Shown: piece by piece, positions 1 through 7,497 of the stretch
Layout of the letters: each line of letters begins with the position of its first letter
Numbering within the stretch: the stretch's first letter is position 1
Assembly: GCA_004298325.1 (NCBI GenBank)
Contig: SCUF01000253.1
Span: 6,762 to 70,761, forward strand
DNA from: Betaproteobacteria bacterium
GTDB lineage: Bacteria > Pseudomonadota > Gammaproteobacteria > Burkholderiales > SG8-39
Length of the DNA stretch: 64,000 nucleotides
Reading direction: 5' to 3'
Translations under genes and position numbers: made by a program
Notes under the pieces: model-generated
Database searches by the model: none
Seen by the model: only the letters and a program-made list of their open reading frames with translations
What the model was told of the DNA's origin: nothing

Positions 1-837
1 ATCGGTGCAGACGTCTGCACTCTTCACGTCGGCGAAGAGCTCGCGCTGGTTGCCGGTGCGCTTGGGACAGGCGGCGCAAGTGCCCGCCTTCGCGACGAGC
101 ACCGCATCGCCCGTCGGGAAGGGCGCCTTCGCCAGCTCGAGCATGTAGTGACGGTGGATGTGCTGCAGCGCGGCCTTGTAGCTCATCGGCCCATCGAAGC
201 GATCGCCGGTGAGGTCCTTCAACGCCTGGCGCTGGGTGTCGTGGTGGCCGATGCGCGCGATGAGGAGCGCCTTCGAGGCGTCGAGGGCGCCCGCATAGAA
301 GGCCTTGCGCGCCTCGGGACAGAGGGCGAGGAGCTTCGTGCGCGCGTAGACATAGCTGCGGCTCTTGCCGACCATCGCCGCGACGGCGTCGGCGTTGATG
401 GACTTGAGCTCCATCAGCTCCTCGTAGCCTTCGGCCTCCTCGAGCGCGTGCAGGCCTTCGCGCTGCAGGTTCTCGATCAGCTGGATCTCGAGGACCTGCT
501 CGTCGGTGAGCTCGGCGACGTTGACCGGCACGGTCGCGAGACCCGCCAACTTGGCGGCGAGGTAGCGGCGCTCGCCGGCGACGATCTCGTGCGTGGGGTC
601 GTCGGGCATATGGTTAATACATGGCGAGCGATACGCCGGCCGCCCGACGAGCGGCTGCAGGATGCCGACCTTCTTGATGCTCTCGGCCAGCTCCGCGAGC
701 GCCGCCTTGTCGAAGCGTTGGCGGCGCAGCGCCTGGATGTGCGTGCGGGAGGGCTTGAGCCTGTCGAGCGGGATGAACTGCAGCGTCGGCGCGGCGGTGG
801 GGCTGACGATCGCGGCCGCTGGGGCGGGAGCGTTCAT
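1..837 (-). CDS. ParB-like N-terminal domain protein (partition/nuclease family); C-terminus cut by window edge
   Basis: My own minus-strand translation from ATG at 837; absent from the ORF track because no stop falls in the window. MNAPAPAAAIV...GILQPLVGR...HEIVAGERRYLAAKLAGLATVPV...LIENLQREGL match ParB box motifs. The end reads ...CAACPKRTGNQRELF. ATGA overlap with the upstream ORF at 834-837. Confidence 0.8.
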   Translation of the reverse strand, partial: MNAPAPAAAIVSPTAAPTLQFIPLDRLKPSRTHIQALRRQRFDKAALAELAESIKKVGILQPLVGRPAYRSPCINHMPDDPTHEIVAGERRYLAAKLAGLATVPVNVAELTDEQVLEIQLIENLQREGLHALEEAEGYEELMELKSINADAVAAMVGKSRSYVYARTKLLALCPEARKAFYAGALDASKALLIARIGHHDTQRQALKDLTGDRFDGPMSYKAALQHIHRHYMLELAKAPFPTGDAVLVAKAGTCAACPKRTGNQRELFADVKSADVCTD

Positions 838-1289
838 GTCACTTTGCCTCGAAGCGTGGGCCGGTCGATGCGCTCGATCTCGGCGATGATCAGCGCCGCG
901 GCTCGTACCAGGTCGCGGCGCGGGTCCTTGGGCTTCCACCATTTGGAATTCCACGGCCACCACGGCAGCGTTCGCCCTTCCGTGCCGAGCCCGTCATAAG
1001 GGCTGAGCTTGCACGCTGCCTCGACGGCGTAACAGGCGCCTGCTGATGCCAGATCACCAGCATCATGCTCGTCGTCGTGCTTCGAGTCCCATCCCTCGAC
1101 CTTGATCTGGCGCACGCGCTCCGCGATGACGTCGCGGCTCGCTTGAGATATGCCTTGCGCGTTGAGATCGACGAGTTCCTGCAGAAGCACGCATGCAGCG
1201 AAGGAGTGCGGATTCGACTCGTCGAGTGCGCGGGCGCGCAGCCACTCGAAAGCGGCTGCCTTCTGCTCACGGGTGGCGGGAAGATTCAT
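834..1289 (-). CDS. hypothetical phage protein (151 aa)
   Basis: ORF track; GC-rich third codon positions; stop overlaps the ParB-like start; Trp-rich segment LPWWPWNSKWWKPKDP. Confidence 0.6.
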   Translation of the reverse strand: MNLPATREQKAAAFEWLRARALDESNPHSFAACVLLQELVDLNAQGISQASRDVIAERVRQIKVEGWDSKHDDEHDAGDLASAGACYAVEAACKLSPYDGLGTEGRTLPWWPWNSKWWKPKDPRRDLVRAAALIIAEIERIDRPTLRGKVT

Positions 1290-1290
1290 G

Positions 1291-1710
1291 TCACTCCACC
1301 TCGAAGTTCGTCAGAATCACGTCCGCGATCGCGTTCGTCTGCTCGGCTGTGAACACGCCCGGACGGCCGTCGTCCACGATCAGGAGCCGCCGGTCGTGGG
1401 TGATGGCGGCGACGAACTGTTCGCTGCCGTTCACGCGCGCCTTCTTCGCCGGCACCGCGGTGGACTTCGCGCGCTCGGCCTTCTTCTTCGTCTTGCGGCG
1501 CTGGGGGGGGGCGGACCCGGCCGGCTTGCCAGTGCCGACCGAGTAGACGGCGGTCTTGCCGTAACCCTTCTTCGCGAGCCGCCCGCGCCGGGTGTACTGG
1601 CTCAGGTAGGTATGCAGGTGATCCACGGCGGGCAGCTTCTCGACGAGCTGCGCGCTCGTCATGGCGCCGTGCGTGTTGATCGCGGCGATGATCTTGTCGA
1701 TGGTGGCCAT
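1291..1710 (-). CDS. hypothetical protein with winged-helix-like N-terminus and a basic linker
   Basis: ORF track 139 aa. N-terminus MATIDKIIAAINTHGAMTSAQLVEKL looks like wHTH; KKKAERAK-rich linker. Confidence 0.55.
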   Translation of the reverse strand: MATIDKIIAAINTHGAMTSAQLVEKLPAVDHLHTYLSQYTRRGRLAKKGYGKTAVYSVGTGKPAGSAPPQRRKTKKKAERAKSTAVPAKKARVNGSEQFVAAITHDRRLLIVDDGRPGVFTAEQTNAIADVILTNFEVE

Positions 1711-1732
1711 GCGGTTCCTCCCTGTGGAATGG

Positions 1733-2299
1733 TCAGGCGGCCGGGGCGTGGACGATGCACTCGCCTTCGAGCGCGCGGCGCACCTGGTCGCGCAGCTGGT
1801 CGAGCCCGGCCGCGTTGTCGATCACGCTGTCGGTGCCCAGGACAATCGGCAGCGCGTGTTCGCTCGCGTGCAGCGGCACGACGTTGCCGCCGTTCGGGCG
1901 CAGGACGTGCCAGATCTCGCCGCCCTGGCGGCGGATCCAGTCGGCCTCGTTCTCGAAGCGCACGTCGGTGACGACGGTGCCATCGTGGGCAAACTTGCGG
2001 TGGTGGGCGAGCCGCTGTTCGAGGCGGCGCAGCCAGATGTCGGTGTGCACGCGCTCGCGGGCCCACTCGGTGCCGAGCGACTGCATGAGTTGGCGGGGCG
2101 ACTTCCCGAGCCAGGGGATCACCTTTTCCTTGGCGAACGGGTCTTCCAGTTCGAAGCGCGAGAGCCCCAGCATGGCGATCAGGCCGTCCTTGATCGGGCC
2201 GGCGATCGCGAGGCGCGAGAAGGCGTGCAGCTGCCCGAGGACCGTGGCGATGGTGTCCTTGCCGGCGCCGGCGCGCCCGTGCAGGCCGATCAGCCTCAT
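1733..2299 (-). CDS. deoxynucleotide monophosphate kinase-like P-loop protein
   Basis: Internal start MRLIGLHGRAGAGKDT (Walker A) at 2299 within track ORF 1733..2437. The upstream extension is Pro/Arg-rich and non-protein-like. Confidence 0.65.
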   Translation of the reverse strand: MRLIGLHGRAGAGKDTIATVLGQLHAFSRLAIAGPIKDGLIAMLGLSRFELEDPFAKEKVIPWLGKSPRQLMQSLGTEWARERVHTDIWLRRLEQRLAHHRKFAHDGTVVTDVRFENEADWIRRQGGEIWHVLRPNGGNVVPLHASEHALPIVLGTDSVIDNAAGLDQLRDQVRRALEGECIVHAPAA

Positions 2300-2467
2300 C
2301 GCGCGGGCCTCGGCTCGACGTAGATGAAGCCGTCGCGCTTCACCAGGCGAAAAGGGCGCGGCGGGTCGTTCGGGATGGCCATCGGACGGCGCGGGCCGAA
2401 GAGCGCGCGGCGCAGGCCGAAACGAAGGCGCAGGCAATCGAGAAACGAGCGGTGCATGGCGTGGTCC

Positions 2468-2686
2468 TCAGAGAAGCGGTGGCGAAAGCGTCGGGTCGGG
2501 CGGCGGGCCGAAGTCGCGGTCGGGGTAGCGCGCGTCGAGCAGGTCGCGCAGCTGCCACGGCAGGCTATTGCGCCGGCGCCGGCACGCGGCGATGAAGCGG
2601 CGCGCCTTGAGCAGTTCGAGCGCGATGGCGAGGCGCGAGGCGCGCCCCAGTTCCATCGTGTCGGCGAGCTGCTCGGCCTCCGTCAT
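2468..2686 (-). CDS. hypothetical small protein (72 aa)
   Basis: ORF track; sits in the coupled minus-strand gene chain. Confidence 0.45.
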   Translation of the reverse strand: MTEAEQLADTMELGRASRLAIALELLKARRFIAACRRRRNSLPWQLRDLLDARYPDRDFGPPPDPTLSPPLL

Positions 2687-2952
2687 GTGCGCGGCTTGCG
2701 GTAGTAGGTGCCCTGGCTGCCGACGTAAGTGCAGACGGCGACGATGCGGCCATTGCGCACGTCGGTAATGATGACCAGGCGCTCGGTTTCGACGGCGGGG
2801 CGGCAGGAGGCGATGACAGTGGCGCGCTGCGCTTGCCAGGCTGTGACGTGCTCCGCGACGCGGTCGGCGATTGCGTCGGTGCCGCCGGCCGCGAGGATGC
2901 CGGCGTAGACGATGCCGAAGGCGATGATCGCGAGCGTGAGGCGGGTGATCAT
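2683..2952 (-). CDS. small membrane protein (89 aa)
   Basis: Start MITRLTLAIIAFGIVYAGILAAGG (TM helix) at 2952; ATGA overlap with the stop of 2949..3149. The longer track ORF 2683..3318 is Arg/Pro-rich upstream. Confidence 0.5.
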   Translation of the reverse strand: MITRLTLAIIAFGIVYAGILAAGGTDAIADRVAEHVTAWQAQRATVIASCRPAVETERLVIITDVRNGRIVAVCTYVGSQGTYYRKPRT

Positions 2953-3149
2953 GCGGCGCGCGCCTTTCGCCGCGAGTAGAAGGCCTTGCAGCAGTCCCTG
3001 CAGTGGCGGTGATAGCCGCCGGGTCCGGAGCCCTGGTTGAAGGCCTCGACGGGCTTCAGGATCTTGCAGCCGCTGCAGCGCTTGACGCGCCGGCCTTCGA
3101 CGATCTGGATCTGGCAGGTGCGCTTGCGGGGAGTGATGTCGAAGATCAT
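2949..3149 (-). CDS. small Cys-rich (zinc-finger-like) protein
   Basis: ORF track 66 aa; CxxC...HxxCxxCC pattern (CSGCKILK...HRHCRDCC). Confidence 0.55.
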   Translation of the reverse strand: MIFDITPRKRTCQIQIVEGRRVKRCSGCKILKPVEAFNQGSGPGGYHRHCRDCCKAFYSRRKARAA

Positions 3150-3379
3150 GCAGCGCGCGCCTTCTTCTTTTCCGCGCGCTCAGCGGTGACGCGCAGACGC
3201 ACGGCGATGGCGTAGATGGTCGAGGCGAGGATCTGCTCCTCGCGCCGCGTGCGCTCCAGGCGCAGGCCGAGCGCGCCCGAGGGGTACACGGTGACGACCA
3301 CGCGGCGCTGCTTGCCACCCGAGCGGATCGTGTCCTCGACGCGGCGGCGCACGGGGCGGGTGAAGGTCCGGGCGGTCAC
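3146..3379 (-). CDS. hypothetical basic protein (77 aa)
   Basis: ORF track; overlaps the neighbouring stop. Confidence 0.5.
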   Translation of the reverse strand: MTARTFTRPVRRRVEDTIRSGGKQRRVVVTVYPSGALGLRLERTRREEQILASTIYAIAVRLRVTAERAEKKKARAA

Positions 3380-3444
3380 GAGGGGCGCTCCCCGCGCTTA
3401 GAATCCGGAGGCCAGTCCTCAATCCCAACCGAAGGGAGGCCCTC

Positions 3445-3672
3445 ATGACCGGTCGAATCGGAAACTTCAAGGCGAAGTGCCCGCGCTGCGGCAAGACAAC
3501 TTTCGAATCGCCCGCCGGGGCGAAACCGAAGCCCGAGGACAAGCTCACCTGCACCGGGTGCGGGCACGTCGTTCGTCACAAGGATCTCGTCGCCCAGATT
3601 GGCAAGGAGGCCACGAAGCGCGTCGAAAAGGTCCTTGGGGACATGCTGAAGGGCTTCAACCGCCGCAAGTAG
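3445..3672 (+). CDS. zinc-ribbon protein (75 aa)
   Basis: CPRCG...CTGCG. GGAGG at ~3435 precedes the ATG. Third-position GC is clearly higher than for the fully overlapping antisense ORF 3376..3729. Confidence 0.55.
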   Translation: MTGRIGNFKAKCPRCGKTTFESPAGAKPKPEDKLTCTGCGHVVRHKDLVAQIGKEATKRVEKVLGDMLKGFNRRK

Positions 3673-3725
3673 CTCGTCGAGCTGACTGTCGAGCTGCGTC
3701 GAGTCGACAGCGAGCGTGAGTGTGG

Positions 3726-3917
3726 TCATGCCGCGCGCTCGCTTTCCAGCGGACCGGCCGGCATCTTCACCGCGTCGTCGATCGTGATCTCGGTGCTTTC
3801 GCCCGGCGCGTTGGCGGTGATGTGAAGCGCGCCTTCGAGGATGTAGATGCGGAACGTGCTGGCGTCGGCGTCGTGGGCGATGCGCAGGCTCTCGCCCTGC
3901 TTGAGGCAGAGCTTCAT
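3726..3917 (-). CDS. small protein (63 aa) with weak CsrA-like pattern
   Basis: Start MKLCLKQGESLRIA at 3917 (ATGA overlap with 3914..4159). GC-rich third positions. Pattern M-L-L-K-GE-L-I ... NAP-E resembles CsrA [15 protein letters not shown]...GVNAPKE. Confidence 0.5.
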   Translation of the reverse strand: MKLCLKQGESLRIAHDADASTFRIYILEGALHITANAPGESTEITIDDAVKMPAGPLESERAA

Positions 3918-4159
3918 GCGGCCTCCGGATTGGCGGCGCGGGCTGCGCGCCGTGCGCATTCGCGCTTACCTTGATGCGGCATGTACTTGCTGCGATCGAT
4001 CGGTCGCGCGTACATACGACCGTTCTCCAGATGCTGGATCGCGAACGTCCGATTGATACCAGTGCCACGGCCTTTGCCGCGCGAGACATACGGCGAGGGC
4101 GCGGAGCCTGCCGCGATCGCAGAGAGGAATTGCGCCAGGCGTGAGAACGCGGCTTTCAT
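3914..4159 (-). CDS. hypothetical protein (81 aa)
   Basis: ORF track; in the coupled chain. Confidence 0.45.
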   Translation of the reverse strand: MKAAFSRLAQFLSAIAAGSAPSPYVSRGKGRGTGINRTFAIQHLENGRMYARPIDRSKYMPHQGKRECARRAARAANPEAA

Positions 4160-4334
4160 GCGTCCACCCTCACCAGCTCGTGCGGCTGGTCGGCGATCGC
4201 CTGCGCGGCGATCAGCGCGGCTTTGCCGGTGGTGAAGCGGGAGGCGTTCGGCGCCGCGGTGAGCTGCGCGCGGTGCGGCGAGAAGAAGATGTAGAGCCCG
4301 GTGGTGGGCTCTTCGAGGAGGTAGCTGCGGAACG

Positions 4335-4691
4335 CTAAAGCGCTAGTTCGGCGAGCTTCTTCGCGATGGCGAGGATCACGTCGAGCGTCAGGTCCAGCCC
4401 TTTGTCCAGCGCCGTGCGCTTGATGCGGTTCCACATCGACGGCGCGCGGATCGCGTCGAGTAATTCGTGCCCCGCCCAGGTCATCCTGCGGCCCAGCGCG
4501 AACGCTTCGCCGCCCATCGTCTGAGAAACGATTGCCTCGATCAGGCCGGCCTCCTCGATCAGCATGATGTGGTAGGTCACCAGTGCTGCGTTGTAGCCCT
4601 GGATGTCCTCCGGGCGCAGCTGGCCCTTGAAGTCGGGTAGTTGCTCCAGCGCGAGCAGGATCGCCCGCACGAGATCCCAGTCGCGTGGCAT
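4335..4691 (-). CDS. DUF2513-like winged-helix protein
   Basis: Start MPRDWDLVRAILLALEQ at 4691; ...YHIMLIEEAGLIEA is typical of DUF2513. Confidence 0.6.
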   Translation of the reverse strand: MPRDWDLVRAILLALEQLPDFKGQLRPEDIQGYNAALVTYHIMLIEEAGLIEAIVSQTMGGEAFALGRRMTWAGHELLDAIRAPSMWNRIKRTALDKGLDLTLDVILAIAKKLAELAL

Positions 4692-4775
4692 CGTCAGTTC
4701 CTTTGTGGAGATGGTACTTCGGGGTCTTGCTGCTGCGGGCCATGCTGCCTCCGTCCGAGTGAACGGGGGCGAGTA

Positions 4776-4808
4776 AAGCATACTTCAGTTAGCTAGTCAA
4801 GCATACTT
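4776..4808. promoter_or_regulatory. pair of operator-like repeats (AAGCATACTT x2, 23-bp spacing) upstream of the leftward early operon
   Basis: AAGCATACTT at 4776-4785 and 4799-4808. This is the reverse complement of the core found twice in the cI/cro intergenic region. Confidence 0.55.
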
Positions 4809-4843
4809 TAGTTCTGGCCCAATGATGCGGTCGAGCGCGCGAT

Positions 4844-5080
4844 CTATTGTCTTATCCACTCGTAGCCGCGAGCCTGCAGGCACATCCGGCGAAGTTCGGC
4901 TTGCTGATAACCGGCCTCGATGCCGCTGCGGATGTTAGCTGTTGCTTTGCTGGCGTCATATTCGCATTCGAGCTGATCCCGCTTGAGCTGGTCGCTGGTG
5001 GCCGTTGGATGCTGCCAGCGGCCTGGCTGAGCACATCCGAGGAAGGTCGCGATCATGCAGGTAAGAATCGCTCGTTTCAT
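4844..5080 (-). CDS. lipoprotein (78 aa) co-transcribed with the repressor
   Basis: MKRAILTCMIATFLGCAQ: signal peptide plus lipobox FLGC. ATGA overlap with the repressor stop at 5077-5080. Confidence 0.65.
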   Translation of the reverse strand: MKRAILTCMIATFLGCAQPGRWQHPTATSDQLKRDQLECEYDASKATANIRSGIEAGYQQAELRRMCLQARGYEWIRQ

Positions 5081-5505
5081 TTTCGCTCCTTCAATTTGTC
5101 CGGCCGCGTCCAACCATCGCCGAGTTTCTCATCTGGGACGTGCTCGCTCAACATGTCAAGGAAAAGCTGTTGTCGATCGTGGTCTGTAATCATGGCCAGC
5201 GATACGACGTAGCGCCGCCACTTGGGAAGTGCGTTGCGGAGTCGCGAGATCGCTTCCGCTTCCTCGATGGTGAAGGACTTGAGTTTGACCCCGGTGCCAC
5301 TGGCGAGCCACTTGGGTTCGACACCGAGCGCGTCAGCGACCTTGAAAAGGTGCTCGAGCTTGAGGTTCTTGGTCTTATTCGATTCCCATTGGAGGACGGC
5401 CGAAATCGACACCCCGGATGCGCGGTGCAGATCGGCGGGCTTCATTTGGAGTTCTTCGCGGCGTTCCCTGATTCGGTCACCGATCAATTTCGGGGTATCT
5501 GGCAT
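5077..5505 (-). CDS. CI-like repressor (XRE-family HTH)
   Basis: MPDTPKLIGDRIRERREELQMKPADLHRASGVSISAVLQWESNKTKNLKLEHLFKVADALGV is an HTH_3 pattern. Divergent from the Cro-like gene. The start at 5505 keeps the operators intergenic. Confidence 0.8.
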   Translation of the reverse strand: MPDTPKLIGDRIRERREELQMKPADLHRASGVSISAVLQWESNKTKNLKLEHLFKVADALGVEPKWLASGTGVKLKSFTIEEAEAISRLRNALPKWRRYVVSLAMITDHDRQQLFLDMLSEHVPDEKLGDGWTRPDKLKERK

Positions 5506-5531
5506 GAAGCGAAAGTAAGCTCCATCGACAG

Positions 5532-5564
5532 AAGTATGCTTGACCTGTGTACTGAAGTATGCTT
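5532..5564. promoter_or_regulatory. pair of operator-like repeats (AAGTATGCTT x2, 23-bp spacing) between the divergent cI-like and cro-like genes
   Basis: AAGTATGCTT at 5532-5541 and 5555-5564. Extended consensus ACTRAAGTATGCTTNAC is shared with the 4776-4808 pair. Confidence 0.6.
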
Positions 5565-5575
5565 CACTAAGCATC

Positions 5576-5779
5576 GTGACTCCCGAACAGGCAATCGATC
5601 ATTTCAAGACCCGGGGCGCCCTGGCCAAAGCGTGCGAGGTGACCGAAACGGCCGTGTATCTGTGGCTGAAGCAAGGCGCCATTCCATACGACCGCCAATG
5701 CCAGATTCAGGTCGAGACGAACGGCGCGCTGCTCGCGAGCAAGGAAGATGCTGAATCCAGGGAACGGGCTGCGGCATGA
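5576..5779 (+). CDS. Cro-like / YdaS-type HTH regulator
   Basis: GTG at 5576 in frame with track ORF 5540..5779. ...LAKACEVTETAVYLWLKQGAIPYDRQCQIQVETNGAL matches the YdaS/Cro pattern. Confidence 0.7.
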   Translation: MTPEQAIDHFKTRGALAKACEVTETAVYLWLKQGAIPYDRQCQIQVETNGALLASKEDAESRERAAA

Positions 5780-5856
5780 GTCATTGTCTTTTTTTTGTCC
5801 CGCGGGCGACCTGAAACGGGCTGAAACTCGCCAACTTTTTGTTTCAAGGAGTTTCA

Positions 5857-6243
5857 ATGCGCCAACTATCCTTCACCCTCGAATCGAGCCTCGTCCAGCA
5901 GTTTCCGGACTTCCGGGACGTGATCAAGGCCTCGGTCTACTCCTGCGGCCGCGCGTTCAAGGCGATCGCCGCCGACCTCGACATGAGCGTGAGCGAACTC
6001 TCACGCAAGCTGACCGACAACCCAGCCGACCCGGTGCACTTTCCGGTGCACCGCCTGCCGGAGCTCGTGCGCGCCACGGGCGACAAGCGCCCGATCCTCT
6101 GGCTGGTCGAATCCTTCCTCGACGACCCTGACTTGCGCAAGCAGCACGCCGTCGATCGCATCGAGCAGCTCGTGCCTGAGTTGCTGGCGCTGGTGAAGGA
6201 GGCTAGGGCAGCGGACGCCCAGCCGCTCAAGGCGGTGAGGTAA
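5857..6243 (+). CDS. phage regulatory CII-like protein
   Basis: AAGGAG RBS at 5847-5852, ATG at 5857. AIAADLDMSVSELSRKLTDNPADPVHFPVHRLPELVRATGDKRPILWL resembles CII/CP76-type regulators. Confidence 0.55.
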   Translation: MRQLSFTLESSLVQQFPDFRDVIKASVYSCGRAFKAIAADLDMSVSELSRKLTDNPADPVHFPVHRLPELVRATGDKRPILWLVESFLDDPDLRKQHAVDRIEQLVPELLALVKEARAADAQPLKAVR

Positions 6244-6247
6244 GACG

Positions 6248-6466
6248 TCATGCCCCACCGCGCCGTCTCTCGCAGAGGTCCAGGGCTTGTCGAATTTCGA
6301 GCAACAGGCGGTCCAGTGATCCGTGTGGAAATGCCAGATTCACCGCGCTGCCATCCCGCAGTTCCACCGCAAGACCTATCCACTGTCCGTCTTCCGCGGA
6401 CCAGACGCGGTACGACTCGACCGCGCGGCCGAGGTAAGTGATGGAGCCGGCATTTTCAATGGCCAT
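6248..6466 (-). CDS. hypothetical protein (72 aa), opposite orientation to its neighbours
   Basis: ORF track; moderate third-position GC. Confidence 0.4.
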   Translation of the reverse strand: MAIENAGSITYLGRAVESYRVWSAEDGQWIGLAVELRDGSAVNLAFPHGSLDRLLLEIRQALDLCERRRGGA

Positions 6467-6545
6467 GAAGGCCTCCGTGGTCAGGGTTGACTGTTACGCG
6501 CTTTCGATTCTGCCACGGAGCGCCTTCGTGGTTCGCTAGGAGACG

Positions 6546-6779
6546 TTGTTCGCAGTACGGAGCGCGATCCGCACCAATGCGGACGCGAAGAACGGAGAAG
6601 AAGAAGATGCAGCACGATGCCTGGCCGCAGGGGCGCCATCCGTGAGACGGGCGTTCTTCGCCTTCGCAATCGCGCTCTTCGTCGCGCTGGGCACCGTCGC
6701 CGGCGTGCTGTTCGTGCTCTGGCACCTGCCCATCTGGACTTTCGACGCCATGCGCGCCGCCTGGAAGAGCCCGCGATGA
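6546..6779 (+). CDS. small membrane protein; start uncertain (possible GTG at 6642)
   Basis: TM segment AFFAFAIALFVALGTVAGVLFVLW; ATGA overlap with the next ORF at 6776-6779. Confidence 0.35.
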   Translation: MFAVRSAIRTNADAKNGEEEDAARCLAAGAPSVRRAFFAFAIALFVALGTVAGVLFVLWHLPIWTFDAMRAAWKSPR

Positions 6780-6967
6780 CGCTCAAGCCCGGCGACCTGG
6801 TGCGCACGCCTACGGGCCGCACGGCCGTCGTCGACGACATCCGAAAAGACGGCAAGCGCGATCTTCACTACATCGACGGCGGGCGCGACCAGGTGGCGCT
6901 CGATCCGGAGCTCCTCACGCTCATCACGTCGTGCGCGCCGCAGCGCTGGACGAAGCGCACGCTCTGA
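6776..6967 (+). CDS. hypothetical protein (63 aa)
   Basis: MTLKPGDLVRTPTGRTAVVDDIRKDGKRDLHYIDGG; coupled to both neighbours. Confidence 0.5.
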   Translation: MTLKPGDLVRTPTGRTAVVDDIRKDGKRDLHYIDGGRDQVALDPELLTLITSCAPQRWTKRTL

Positions 6968-7485
6968 TGCGACTCCTTCCCTACGCAAAAGCGCTACTGG
7001 ATCGACGGCGCGCGGGCGAGCAGCCGTGGCTCGTGGTGGTAAGCGTGGGAAGCGGCGGACACCGGCAGCTCGCGCAGCGCGCGGTGCTCCCCAAGGATCG
7101 CGGCGTCGCGCGCGTGTGGATCCCGGACGACTTCCCGCTCGAGCAGGCCGACCCGGTGCCTTTTCTCGGGCTCGACGTGCTGGTGGTGCCGGAATGCCCA
7201 GCGGAGCGGCTCCTCGATGCGCTGGGGCTTCTCTGGCGCGCGCAGTGCGCGACGCTGTGGCTGCTCGAAGAGAACTTCACCGCGTCGCGCTTGTACCCCT
7301 ACCGGCGCTGGCGCGAGCCTTCGGACCTCGTCGCCTGGTCGCCGCGCGGCGTGCCGATCGGGTCGGCGTTTCGCCAGGAGATCGTCGAGGCGCGCGCAGC
7401 GGCCTGCGACCGGGGCGACGAGCCGCTTTTCTCAAGACCGGAATTCGAGGCGGCGCGGCGGCCGCGAGCGGAGGCCGCGGCTTGA
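6967..7485 (+). CDS. hypothetical protein (172 aa) upstream of the replication NTPase
   Basis: TGATG junction at 6965-6969; ORF track frame 6931..7485. Confidence 0.55.
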   Translation: MRLLPYAKALLDRRRAGEQPWLVVVSVGSGGHRQLAQRAVLPKDRGVARVWIPDDFPLEQADPVPFLGLDVLVVPECPAERLLDALGLLWRAQCATLWLLEENFTASRLYPYRRWREPSDLVAWSPRGVPIGSAFRQEIVEARAAACDRGDEPLFSRPEFEAARRPRAEAAA

Positions 7486-7497
7486 GGCCGCGCATCC

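Noticed and set aside
148-999. Plus-strand 283-aa ORF at the left edge
   Set aside because: It is antisense to the ParB-like gene, whose minus-strand translation shows canonical ParB boxes.
4156-4338. Coding-looking minus-strand stretch (high third-position GC; ...FRSYLLEEPTTGLYIFFSPHRAQLTAAPNASRFTTGKAALIAAQAIADQPHELVRVDA) between 3914..4159 and the DUF2513-like gene
   Set aside because: There is no ATG, GTG or TTG start between the DUF2513-like stop (4335) and this segment. The only in-frame start (4743) would overlap the neighbouring gene out of frame. It may be a real small gene with a frameshift or unusual start, but I cannot support a call.
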